Assembly: GCA_964515755.1 (NCBI GenBank)
Contig: CAZEVK010000005.1
Location: 732-57,191, forward strand
Direction: 5' to 3'
DNA length: 56,460 bases
Source: an uncultured Rickettsia sp.
GTDB taxonomy: Bacteria; Pseudomonadota; Alphaproteobacteria; Rickettsiales; JABSSG01
Under the pieces are notes generated by a model that worked only from the letters and a program-made list of their open reading frames with translations, was not told the DNA's origin and searched no databases. Below are positions 9,343 through 18,408 of this stretch, piece after piece. Position numbers and translations under genes: made by a program. Position 1 is the first letter of the stretch. Every line of letters begins with the position of its first letter.

Positions 9343-9705
9343 ATGAGCAAAAATAAAATTAGATCATCAGCTAATGGTACTTGTCATTGGTGGATGCAAA
9401 GAAAAACAGCAATAATAATGATACCACTAGTGATTTGGTTTGCAGTGGTGATTAATTCTTTTTTATTTGATCCAGAATTAGTGATGAATACTTTATTGTA
9501 TTCACCATTAAGATTTTTCTGTTTTTTGATTTTGATTAATATTTCTATTTTTCATGGAATGCTTGGGATGAAAGAAATTTGTGAAGATTATATTCATAAC
9601 AATGCTTATAAATTCATAACAATTTTTCTTATAACTTGTTTAAGTTGGGTGACTATGTTAGCTGTGTCACTTGTTTTGCTTTTTAATTTTGTTATTAATG
9701 TTTAA
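9343..9705 (+). CDS. sdhD: Succinate dehydrogenase hydrophobic anchor subunit
   Basis: GTCHWWMQRKTA, HGMLGMKEICEDYIH; position between sdhC and sdhA. Confidence 0.93.
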   Translation: MSKNKIRSSANGTCHWWMQRKTAIIMIPLVIWFAVVINSFLFDPELVMNTLLYSPLRFFCFLILINISIFHGMLGMKEICEDYIHNNAYKFITIFLITCLSWVTMLAVSLVLLFNFVINV

Positions 9706-9717
9706 GTAGAAGATTAT

Positions 9718-11508
9718 ATGGATAGTTACGAAATTATTGATCATAAATTTGATGTTATAGTTGTTGGTGCTGGTGGTGCTGGGCTTCGTGCTACTTTTGG
9801 TATGGCTGAAGCAGGTTTATCAACTGCTTGCATAACTAAAGTTTTTCCTACACGTAGTCATACAGTTGCAGCTCAAGGTGGAATGAGTGCTGCACTAGGC
9901 AATATGAGCGAAGATAATTGGAGATGGCACGCCTATGATACAGTGAAGGGTTCTGATTGGCTTGGTGATCAAGACGCAATAGAATATATGTGTAAAAATG
10001 CTATGCAAGCTGTGATTGAATTAGAACATTTTGGAGTGCCATTTTCTAGAACTCAAGAAGGAAAAATTTATCAACGTCCTTTTGGTGGAATGACTACGAA
10101 TTATGGTGAAGGTAAACCAGCTCAAAGAACATGTGCTGCTGCCGATAGAACTGGTCATGCTATTTTGCATACTTTATATCAACAAGCACTGAAACATAAA
10201 GCACAATTCTTTATTGAGTATTTTGCAATAGATTTAATTATGAATGACCAGAATGAGTGTGTAGGGGTAATGGCCTGGAATTTGGATGATGGAACATTAC
10301 ATCGCTTTCATGCTCATTATGTGGTGATAGCAACTGGTGGTTATGGTCGTGCATATTTTTCAGCTACATCTGCTCATACATGTACTGGTGATGGTGGAGC
10401 AATGTGCTTAAGGGCTGGTTTACAATTAGAAGATATGGAATTTGTTCAGTTTCATCCAACAGGTATTTATAGAGCTGGGTGTCTAATTACTGAAGGATCT
10501 AGAGGTGAAGGTGGTTATTTGGTTAATTCTGAGGGTGAAAGATTCATGGAAAGATATGCACCGCACGCTAAAGATTTAGCTTCACGGGATGTGGTAAGTA
10601 GAGCAATGACCATTGAGATAAGAGAAGGCAGAGGAGTTGGTCCAAAAAAAGATCATATTTATTTACATTTAGATCATTTAGATCCAGAAGTGCTTCATAC
10701 TCGTTTGCCAGGTATTTCAGAAACAGCAAAAATTTTTGCTAATGTTGATGTCACTAAAGAACCAATACCGGTATTGCCAACTGTGCATTATAATATGGGC
10801 GGCGTACCAACCAACGCTCATACTGAAGTAATTTTCTTAAATAAAGGTAAAGAAGAAGTCATTCCAGGGTTAATGGCAATAGGTGAGGCTGCGTGTGTTT
10901 CTGTACATGGAGCTAATCGTCTTGGTTCTAATTCTTTATTGGATTTAGTTGTATTTGGTCGTGCTGCGGCATTGAGATGTAAAGAAGTTTTATCTAAAGG
11001 TAAAACTTTAAAACCATTGCCAAAAAATGCTGGTGAAAATGCAGTTGCTAGATTTGACAAAGTTCGTTTCTCAAATGGTTCACTATCTGCTGCTCATATA
11101 CGCGATGAGATGCAACACGTTATGCAAACTCATGCAGCAGTATTTAGAGATCATGACAGTTTGAATGAAGGCGTAAAATTAATTGATAAAGTATGTAAAA
11201 GCTACAAGGATTTAGGAATTACTGATCGTGGTATGATTTGGAATAGTGATCTTGTTGAAGCACTAGAGTTACAAAATCTTTTGGAACAATCAGTAGTAAC
11301 TATGCATAGTGCAGAAAATAGAAAAGAAAGCAGGGGTGCTCATGCTCGCGAGGACTTTAAAGAGCGTGATGATAAAAATTGGTTAAAACATACTATGGTT
11401 TCACTTGATATAAATACCGGTAAAGTTAAAATTGATTATAAATCGGTTCATTTATATAGTTTAACTGATGAGATAGAGGTTTTCCCTCCAAAGAAAAGAG
11501 TTTATTAG
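9718..11508 (+). CDS. sdhA: Succinate dehydrogenase flavoprotein subunit
   Basis: [23 protein letters not shown] (FAD-attachment His), [17 protein letters not shown]. Confidence 0.98.
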   Translation: MDSYEIIDHKFDVIVVGAGGAGLRATFGMAEAGLSTACITKVFPTRSHTVAAQGGMSAALGNMSEDNWRWHAYDTVKGSDWLGDQDAIEYMCKNAMQAVIELEHFGVPFSRTQEGKIYQRPFGGMTTNYGEGKPAQRTCAAADRTGHAILHTLYQQALKHKAQFFIEYFAIDLIMNDQNECVGVMAWNLDDGTLHRFHAHYVVIATGGYGRAYFSATSAHTCTGDGGAMCLRAGLQLEDMEFVQFHPTGIYRAGCLITEGSRGEGGYLVNSEGERFMERYAPHAKDLASRDVVSRAMTIEIREGRGVGPKKDHIYLHLDHLDPEVLHTRLPGISETAKIFANVDVTKEPIPVLPTVHYNMGGVPTNAHTEVIFLNKGKEEVIPGLMAIGEAACVSVHGANRLGSNSLLDLVVFGRAAALRCKEVLSKGKTLKPLPKNAGENAVARFDKVRFSNGSLSAAHIRDEMQHVMQTHAAVFRDHDSLNEGVKLIDKVCKSYKDLGITDRGMIWNSDLVEALELQNLLEQSVVTMHSAENRKESRGAHAREDFKERDDKNWLKHTMVSLDINTGKVKIDYKSVHLYSLTDEIEVFPPKKRVY

Positions 11509-11524
11509 ATAGAGAGTGTAAAAA

Positions 11525-12316
11525 ATGGCTGAATTTAGGCTTCCTAAGGATTCTAGAATTAAAGATGGTAAAAAATACCAATTTAAAGATAATCTTGATA
11601 AAAAAGTTATTAAAGTATTTAAGTTTTATCGCTATGACCCTGAAGATAAAAATAATCCAAGAATAGATACCTATGAAGTTGATATGACAACTTGTGGACC
11701 AATGGTTTTGGATGCTCTAATCAAGATAAAATCTGAAGTAGATTCTACTTTGACTTTCCGTCGTTCTTGTCGAGAAGGAATTTGCGGAAGTTGTGCAATG
11801 AATATTGACGGTACTAACACTTTAGCTTGTATTAAAGCAATTGACGATATTAAAACCGACGTAAAAATTTATCCTTTACCTCACATGTCAGTAGTTAAAG
11901 ATTTGGTTCCTGATTTGAACAATTTTTATGTGCAATATGCGTCAATAGAGCCTTGGTTAAAATCTGATACACCTCCCCAATCTGATCAAGAAAGATTGCA
12001 GTCGATTGATGAACGAGCTAAATTAGATGGTTTATACGAGTGTATCTTATGTGCTTGTTGTTCTACTAGCTGTCCTAGCTATTGGTGGAATGATGATAAG
12101 TATCTTGGTCCGGCAGTATTGTTACAATCTTATCGTTGGATTTCTGATAGTAGAGACGAGGCTACAAATGAGCGTTTATCTGAACTTGAAGATCCATTCA
12201 AACTATATCGCTGTCACACTATTATGAATTGCACTAAAACATGTCCTAAAGGTCTAAATCCAGCTAAAGCTATAGCTGAGACCAAAAAAATGATGCTAGA
12301 ACGCAAGGGTATTTAA
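11525..12316 (+). CDS. sdhB: Succinate dehydrogenase iron-sulfur subunit
   Basis: [36 protein letters not shown] clusters. Confidence 0.98.
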   Translation: MAEFRLPKDSRIKDGKKYQFKDNLDKKVIKVFKFYRYDPEDKNNPRIDTYEVDMTTCGPMVLDALIKIKSEVDSTLTFRRSCREGICGSCAMNIDGTNTLACIKAIDDIKTDVKIYPLPHMSVVKDLVPDLNNFYVQYASIEPWLKSDTPPQSDQERLQSIDERAKLDGLYECILCACCSTSCPSYWWNDDKYLGPAVLLQSYRWISDSRDEATNERLSELEDPFKLYRCHTIMNCTKTCPKGLNPAKAIAETKKMMLERKGI

Positions 12317-12329
12317 ATTATTATGTCTT

Positions 12330-13241
12330 ATGGAATTAACTGTAAATAAATTACTAAATAATAAGCGAATTGAGTCATTTTCAAGTAATTCTTGGACTAA
12401 TAAAGTAGATAAAGTAAATCAGAAACAGGCTATAAAAGCATTAGAGTTAGGTAAAGTTGTATTTTTTCCTGAACTTAGAGTTATACTTGATGATAAAGAA
12501 AAAGAGCTTTTGATTAATGCAACTGTAAAGCCTGGTAATAAGAATGTTAGTTACGATTATAATTCTAAGCAAATTAGAGGAAGTTTAGATTCTGAAGAAA
12601 AGAAACAATTACTGGCAAATATTTTAGAAAATTATGTTTTAAGCACTTTTTCTCTAATTAAAAATTATTTTCCACAATATTCTGAGGCTTTGCAAATTGG
12701 TCGAACTAGTTTGAGGCCGATAGAAATTCAAGGTAGAATTAGTCCTTCGTATAAAAAAGATGATACACGCTTACATGTAGATGCTTTTCCTTCAAGTCCG
12801 AAGCAAGGTAGAAGGATTTTGCGCGTATTTAGCAATATTAATTATGAAGGAAAGCCTCGTGTTTGGCGCTTAGGAGAGGATTTTTCCAATGTTGCAAAGA
12901 GTTTTTTTCCTAAAATAAATTCTCCTATTATTGGGATTTCATGGCTCATGGAAGCGTTAAAAATCACTAGAGGGAAACGCACTCCTTATGATCATTACAT
13001 GTTAAATATACATGATAACATGAAATATGATTTGAATTATCAAAATACAGTTGAGTCTGAAATAGTACATTTTTCTGCCAATTCTAGCTGGGTTGTATTT
13101 ACGGATCAAGTATCTCATGCAGCATTATCCGGTCAGCATCTTTTAGAGCAGACTTTTTATTTACCAGTTGATACGATGTTTGATACTTTAACTGCTCCCC
13201 TTACAATATTAGAAAAGCTTGCAGGAAAAAAGTTAGTCTAG
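12330..13241 (+). CDS. Kdo hydroxylase family protein (KdoO-like, Fe(II)/2OG dioxygenase)
   Basis: KDDTRLHVDAFPSSPKQGRRILRVFSNIN, RTPYDHYMLNIHDNMK, FTDQVSHAALSGQHLLEQTF, the pattern of the Kdo_hydroxy family as recalled. Confidence 0.88.
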   Translation: MELTVNKLLNNKRIESFSSNSWTNKVDKVNQKQAIKALELGKVVFFPELRVILDDKEKELLINATVKPGNKNVSYDYNSKQIRGSLDSEEKKQLLANILENYVLSTFSLIKNYFPQYSEALQIGRTSLRPIEIQGRISPSYKKDDTRLHVDAFPSSPKQGRRILRVFSNINYEGKPRVWRLGEDFSNVAKSFFPKINSPIIGISWLMEALKITRGKRTPYDHYMLNIHDNMKYDLNYQNTVESEIVHFSANSSWVVFTDQVSHAALSGQHLLEQTFYLPVDTMFDTLTAPLTILEKLAGKKLV

Positions 13242-13283
13242 CGTACTTTAATAGTAACTAATCCGATATTATATAAAATTTTA

Positions 13284-13312
13284 TTGACATAACTGTTATC
13301 TTTCAATATTTT
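13284..13312 (+). promoter_or_regulatory. Possible sigma70 promoter for the alanine/glycine symporter
   Basis: TTGACA-N17-TATTTT, 34 nt before the ATG at 13347. Confidence 0.5.
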
Positions 13313-13346
13313 AACCTCTCGCAATTTGGTTTTATTGGAAGGAATT

Positions 13347-14654
13347 ATGGAAGTATTTAATCTGCTGAAAATAATTGATGCCTTTTATTGGTCTTATATT
13401 GGCGTTAGTTTCATTATTCTTTCGGGAATTTACTTTACTATTAAAACTCGTGGTTTTCAGTTTAAAGTTATTTATAACTTTAAAGATACTTTTCGTAGTA
13501 TTCGCAATGAATCAAAAAACAAAGATCTTCCAGGGGTTCATCCGGTAAAGCTATATTTTGCATCAATTGGTGGAATGATAGGTTTAGGTAATATTGTGGT
13601 AATTGTTACTGCAGTTATTTATGGAGGGCCTGGTGTTTTAGTATGGTTATGGTTGGCATCTTTTGCAGGAATGATGATTAAATATAGTGAAGTCTATTTA
13701 GGGATTAAGTTTAGAAGGCTTAATAAGAAAAATAGTTTTGATGGTGGATCTATTTATTATTTACAAGAAGCATTTAAACCAAAAATTTTTTCTAAAGCTT
13801 TGTGTGTTTTGTTATGTATTTACGGGATAGAAATATCACAGTTTAAAATTATTACAGATACAGCTTCAAAAACTTTTGAAATTGATCCAACGATCATCAT
13901 TTACGGCTTTTTAGTGTTGACAATGTATGCTTCGGCTGGTGGTGTTAAAAGGCTTGCAAATACTTGTACTTGGCTCATGCCACCATTTATGATCTCTTAT
14001 ATACTTATGTGTTCTTGGGTACTAATTGCTCATTATGATGTATTGCCAGAGGTATTCATGTCTATTCTTACATCTGCATTTCAAGGACATGCGCCTATTG
14101 CTGGGTTTGCAGGTAGTACTTATTTGATGGTCGCGCAGACCGGCGTTGCTCGAGCTGTTTATTCTAGCGATATTGCAGTTGGCTACGATTCTATCATACA
14201 AAGTGAGGCTGCCACTACATTTCCATCCACACAGGCAAAAATGGCAGTTTTTGCACAAATGACAGATTCTATTATATGCAGTTTAAGTATTTTAGTGGTT
14301 TTAGTTACTGGCGTTTGGCATAGTCCTTTTTTGTCTGATCCTTCTGAGTATATAATCTCTGCTTTTTCTATGCATTTTCCTTATGTAGAGTATTTTATGG
14401 TGATTTTATTTTTCTTAGCTGGCTTCACTACTATTATTACTTACTTTACTGTAGGAATAAAGTGTGCTGACTTTTTAAGCAATAAATGGGGCAAAATAGT
14501 ATATATTATTTATGCTGTTGTAGCCTTTATTAGTACAGAGTATGTAGATCAAACCAGCCTTATAACTATCATGAGCCTTTCCGGTGGTATGCTAGTTCTT
14601 CTGAATCTTTCCGGTATTATCAAATTAAGAAAACATCTGAAATTTCCAATTTAA
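13347..14654 (+). CDS. Alanine/glycine:cation symporter (AGCS, AlsT/DagA family)
   Basis: ASIGGMIGLGNI...GGPGVLVWLW, GMMIKYSEVYLG, GGSIYY, GVARAVYSSDIAVG. The ATG at 13347 follows a GGAAGGA RBS (ORF track uses TTG at 13326). Confidence 0.88.
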   Translation: MEVFNLLKIIDAFYWSYIGVSFIILSGIYFTIKTRGFQFKVIYNFKDTFRSIRNESKNKDLPGVHPVKLYFASIGGMIGLGNIVVIVTAVIYGGPGVLVWLWLASFAGMMIKYSEVYLGIKFRRLNKKNSFDGGSIYYLQEAFKPKIFSKALCVLLCIYGIEISQFKIITDTASKTFEIDPTIIIYGFLVLTMYASAGGVKRLANTCTWLMPPFMISYILMCSWVLIAHYDVLPEVFMSILTSAFQGHAPIAGFAGSTYLMVAQTGVARAVYSSDIAVGYDSIIQSEAATTFPSTQAKMAVFAQMTDSIICSLSILVVLVTGVWHSPFLSDPSEYIISAFSMHFPYVEYFMVILFFLAGFTTIITYFTVGIKCADFLSNKWGKIVYIIYAVVAFISTEYVDQTSLITIMSLSGGMLVLLNLSGIIKLRKHLKFPI

Positions 14655-14777
14655 TGTGCTATCATTTTTATTGTATAAATACTTTTTAATAAAGTTTGTT
14701 TGCAATGTATAAATAAGGCTTGTAAATTTAAGATATGTCTTTTGATGTGTTAGAAACATTTACAGTAATTTTTTATA

Positions 14778-17700
14778 ATGAAATATCAGGGTTATAAGAA
14801 ATATTTATTAAAAGTGATTTGCCTATTATTACTTGGGCTTGTATCTGCATGCTCAAGTGATGTGGTTTGTATAGAGCCAGATGATTTTGGTTATGGGCAC
14901 ACTAATATACCTTCAAATCCTGGTACCCCGATGATACATTCTCCTCAGATCCCAGGTAGTAAATTTATTCCTGAATACGGAGATTGGACTGACACTGGAT
15001 ATATAACGGATGGTAGCCCAATAGTATTGATCGTGGAGAATAATTGGAATAATGTTAGCGATGAAAGTAATCCTAATAATCCGAATTTAGGTAGATGTAA
15101 TGGTGCTATACTTTCTCCTAATTATTCTTGGACTGCATGGTTTGCTCAATTTCAAAATAATGGCTTTATTTTTCAGCAATGTACTGCTCAAAGCAATTGG
15201 TGTGATGTTTCTAATAATAGCTCTATAGTAAATATACCATGTACTTTTGTTCAGGGAGTAGGGGGGTATGCATTATTAGTGCCAGTTGATCAGAACGGAG
15301 TGAGTTATCCTAATCCTAATTCTACTAATGGCCAAGTTTCTCAGTCATGGAATCTTTATCATCTAGGTGCTACTCCTCCTGGAGGACAGGCCTCTGTATG
15401 TGCCGGAAATGATAATTCTACTTTATACGACGCAAGTTGTCAGGCGGGAGGGCTGTATTTAACTAAATTACCACCTAGCTGTGTTTCTTCTGGTGGTAAT
15501 AATATTATTGGTTGTAAGTTATATGTAAAAATGCTCGATCAGCTTTATGAAGATAATTTTGGAAATTACTCGTTAGCTGTTAAGTCTGGTTTTGAAACAA
15601 AACCAGGTGTTTTAAGTGGTTTAGTAAGCTTAGTAACTGATACTTTAAACGACTCCACTACTAAAATTTATCAAGCACTTATACCATATCTAGGCTATAT
15701 TAGAGTTATCCTGATTTTATATATAATATTTACGGGTGTAGGATTTTTGATAGGTAATGTTGAAATTACCCAAAGAGATCTTTTAGTACGAGTATTAAAA
15801 ATAGGATTGGTTATACAGATTGCGACGACTGGTGCAAGTTGGAACTTTTTTAATGGATATTTCTTTCAATTTTTTACTGAGGGTGTTGGAGAAATTACCG
15901 GTATGCTGTTTTCGGGTGGTAATGAAAGCGGCTTTGCTAAGTTAGACCGAATTGTTAATGAATTTCTTTCGCCTCAAACTTTCCGTAAAGTTGCTGCATT
16001 AATATTTACAAGTATTTCCGGGTTTTTATTTTTCTTTATGTTCTACTTTGTGGCAATGATAGCAATTTATGCTGCTGTTAAGGCAGTAATAATGTACATT
16101 ATATGTTATACAATAATTTCTGTTTTGATTATTGTTGCCCCGATCTTTATACCATTTATATTATTTAAGTACACAAAGCATTTCTTTGATGAATGGCTCA
16201 AATATTTAATAAGCTTTTTCATACAACCAATTGTAATTTTAGCTTTTGCATTTTTTGTATGTGAATTTGTCTTAAACCAAATGTATTATATCCTTGGTAT
16301 AAGAGTTTGTTGGACTTTTATTACAAAAATTTTTTCAGGATGGGATTTATATTTATGGTGGCCTGCTCCAATTGTTGGTTCAAGCAATACAATTGACCCA
16401 ATAAATTGTATAAGTGCACCAGGTAGAATTTGTGGAGATCCTGCTAGTACTTCAAAAAATGGTTGCGGTGTTCCCAGTGATCCTTCAACATCAAATATTT
16501 ATAATTGTGGTTCTAGCGATTCTTCTTTTACCATGTGTGAGCCATATCAATGCAATGCTATGAGGAATTCGGACGCTCCTTACCTTGATCCTAACTATTC
16601 TGGAGATGTTTCTAAGTGGCAAGAACTTATTAATGGTGTGTATGTCGATTATACTGATTTAGCAATTTTTGCTGTACTCGGGTGGTTAATGTTGAAGCTT
16701 ATAGACGTTATACCACAAGTAGCTAAATCATTGGCAGGAACGCCGATGATGATGACTAATGTTGCTGAAGCCGGTAATGCTGTGATAAGTAGTGCTTGGG
16801 CTGCCTCTAAGAGTTTAAGTAATTATAGTGCTACTCAACTAGCAAGAGTTGGTAATGCTGGTGTTGCAGCTGTTAAAGCTTATTCCGCTAGAGGTGGTGG
16901 AGTGATTGCAGCTTTGAAGAGTGGTGCCTCAGCAGCATATAATACCAAAGAAGTTGATATTGCAAAGAGTGTTAACAAAAGAATTAGTAATATTACTGAA
17001 GGGTTCCAAGATGCTATCGGCAATAGGATAGAATATGTTAGAGATCATCCGATTACACAGAAGGCAGCTAGCTTAGTAAAAAGCGTTACTAAAGATGCAG
17101 GCCTTAATACAGCATTGCTTGCTGGTCGTATAGGTATTCGTGCGGCTGTCCAACTTCCAAGAATTTTAGGTTTTAATACTGAGAAAGCGAAAAACCTAAG
17201 CAAAAGAGCCGATGATGCTGCAACTTATTTTATGGGCAAGTGGAGTATTGGTTTAGGAGGGATAAAATTTGAGAAACCAGTTGATTTTATGAATGGTTTA
17301 AGAATTGCTGCGAGTAAATCTTATTCTCCAGTGCTATCAGGCTTGATGAATAGCTTAGCAGACGCCATAGACGATAAAGAAAATACAAAAGACAGAGAAA
17401 ACGTTTTTGAAAACTATCAAGATAAGATAGGCGGTTTATTAGATAACTTCTTTGAAAGTAAATTTGCTAAATATGGTCATGCTGTTCACAGTTTAACAGG
17501 TGGTGCATTTGGTACTGACGCTAATGAGCAGATAGAAGGTACCGGTAATATGTCTCGTGCAGATTATATTAGAGCACAGCATGAAAGGAATTTAGAAAAT
17601 TGGGAAGGTGGTTTAATGGGTGACCCAGATAATTATAAATGGGGAATATCTCGTAAAGTTGCAAAAGCTGTAAACGCTTCTAGTGACTATCTTTTAGCTC

Positions 17701-17810
17701 AGGCAGATAATCAGTCGCTTAATGCGGTGCCATTCTTAAATAGAGCAACTAAAGCTATGGGTTTAAAAACAATAGATGAAGATCATCCGGTTAACAGATC
17801 CCAAAATTAA
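14778..17810 (+). CDS. virB6: VirB6/TrbL-family type IV secretion protein with lipoprotein-like Cys-rich N-terminal region and long hydrophilic C-terminal tail
   Basis: LILYIIFTGVGFLIG..EITQRDLLVRVLKIGLV, IIVAPIFIPFILFKYTKHFFDEWLKYLISFFIQP core; lipobox LVSA-C. Confidence 0.9.
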   Translation: MKYQGYKKYLLKVICLLLLGLVSACSSDVVCIEPDDFGYGHTNIPSNPGTPMIHSPQIPGSKFIPEYGDWTDTGYITDGSPIVLIVENNWNNVSDESNPNNPNLGRCNGAILSPNYSWTAWFAQFQNNGFIFQQCTAQSNWCDVSNNSSIVNIPCTFVQGVGGYALLVPVDQNGVSYPNPNSTNGQVSQSWNLYHLGATPPGGQASVCAGNDNSTLYDASCQAGGLYLTKLPPSCVSSGGNNIIGCKLYVKMLDQLYEDNFGNYSLAVKSGFETKPGVLSGLVSLVTDTLNDSTTKIYQALIPYLGYIRVILILYIIFTGVGFLIGNVEITQRDLLVRVLKIGLVIQIATTGASWNFFNGYFFQFFTEGVGEITGMLFSGGNESGFAKLDRIVNEFLSPQTFRKVAALIFTSISGFLFFFMFYFVAMIAIYAAVKAVIMYIICYTIISVLIIVAPIFIPFILFKYTKHFFDEWLKYLISFFIQPIVILAFAFFVCEFVLNQMYYILGIRVCWTFITKIFSGWDLYLWWPAPIVGSSNTIDPINCISAPGRICGDPASTSKNGCGVPSDPSTSNIYNCGSSDSSFTMCEPYQCNAMRNSDAPYLDPNYSGDVSKWQELINGVYVDYTDLAIFAVLGWLMLKLIDVIPQVAKSLAGTPMMMTNVAEAGNAVISSAWAASKSLSNYSATQLARVGNAGVAAVKAYSARGGGVIAALKSGASAAYNTKEVDIAKSVNKRISNITEGFQDAIGNRIEYVRDHPITQKAASLVKSVTKDAGLNTALLAGRIGIRAAVQLPRILGFNTEKAKNLSKRADDAATYFMGKWSIGLGGIKFEKPVDFMNGLRIAASKSYSPVLSGLMNSLADAIDDKENTKDRENVFENYQDKIGGLLDNFFESKFAKYGHAVHSLTGGAFGTDANEQIEGTGNMSRADYIRAQHERNLENWEGGLMGDPDNYKWGISRKVAKAVNASSDYLLAQADNQSLNAVPFLNRATKAMGLKTIDEDHPVNRSQN

Positions 17811-17897
17811 CTCATAATTGTATTTATATCTGCTTTTTTAATTGACAATTTATAATCATTTTGCTTCTATCATAATTTATTAAAATAGGGGTACGTG

Positions 17898-18296
17898 ATG
17901 AAATTGGATGGAGATACTGCTGTAAAATCAATAAATTTATTAGTCGTTGATGATGAAGAGCAATGCTTAGTAAGTGTTATGATGATGCTTTACGAAACTG
18001 ATATTAATGTTATTACAGAGCCTGATAGTAGGAAAGCTCTGGAGTATATTAGTATGAATCGTAATATAGATATAATATTACTAGACCTTATGATGCCAGA
18101 TTTAGATGGTGTTGAATTTTTAGAAGGGTTACAGGCTATTGGGCTCGAAAAGAATATTCCAGTGATTTTACAGACAGGATCAACAAATTTTGAATTTGTA
18201 GAAAGAGCTTTATCCATGGGAGCTATAGGTTATGTTGCTAAGCCATTTCTAAAAGAAGAAATTATTGAAGCAATTAATTGTGTTTTTAATAGATAA
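17898..18296 (+). CDS. Single-domain response regulator (CheY-like receiver)
   Basis: LVVDDE, LLDLMMPDLDG (phospho-acceptor Asp), LQTGS, YVAKPF; no output domain. GTG at 17895 or ATG at 17898. Confidence 0.9.
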   Translation: MKLDGDTAVKSINLLVVDDEEQCLVSVMMMLYETDINVITEPDSRKALEYISMNRNIDIILLDLMMPDLDGVEFLEGLQAIGLEKNIPVILQTGSTNFEFVERALSMGAIGYVAKPFLKEEIIEAINCVFNR

Positions 18297-18408
18297 TCTA
18301 GAATTGAAGCCTTTAGTTGTTAATAAAACTATTGCATAATGTGTAATTAATAGTTTACTCTCTAATAATAATAAATTGTAATCGATAACGTTACAGAGCT
18401 CTAAGTCT

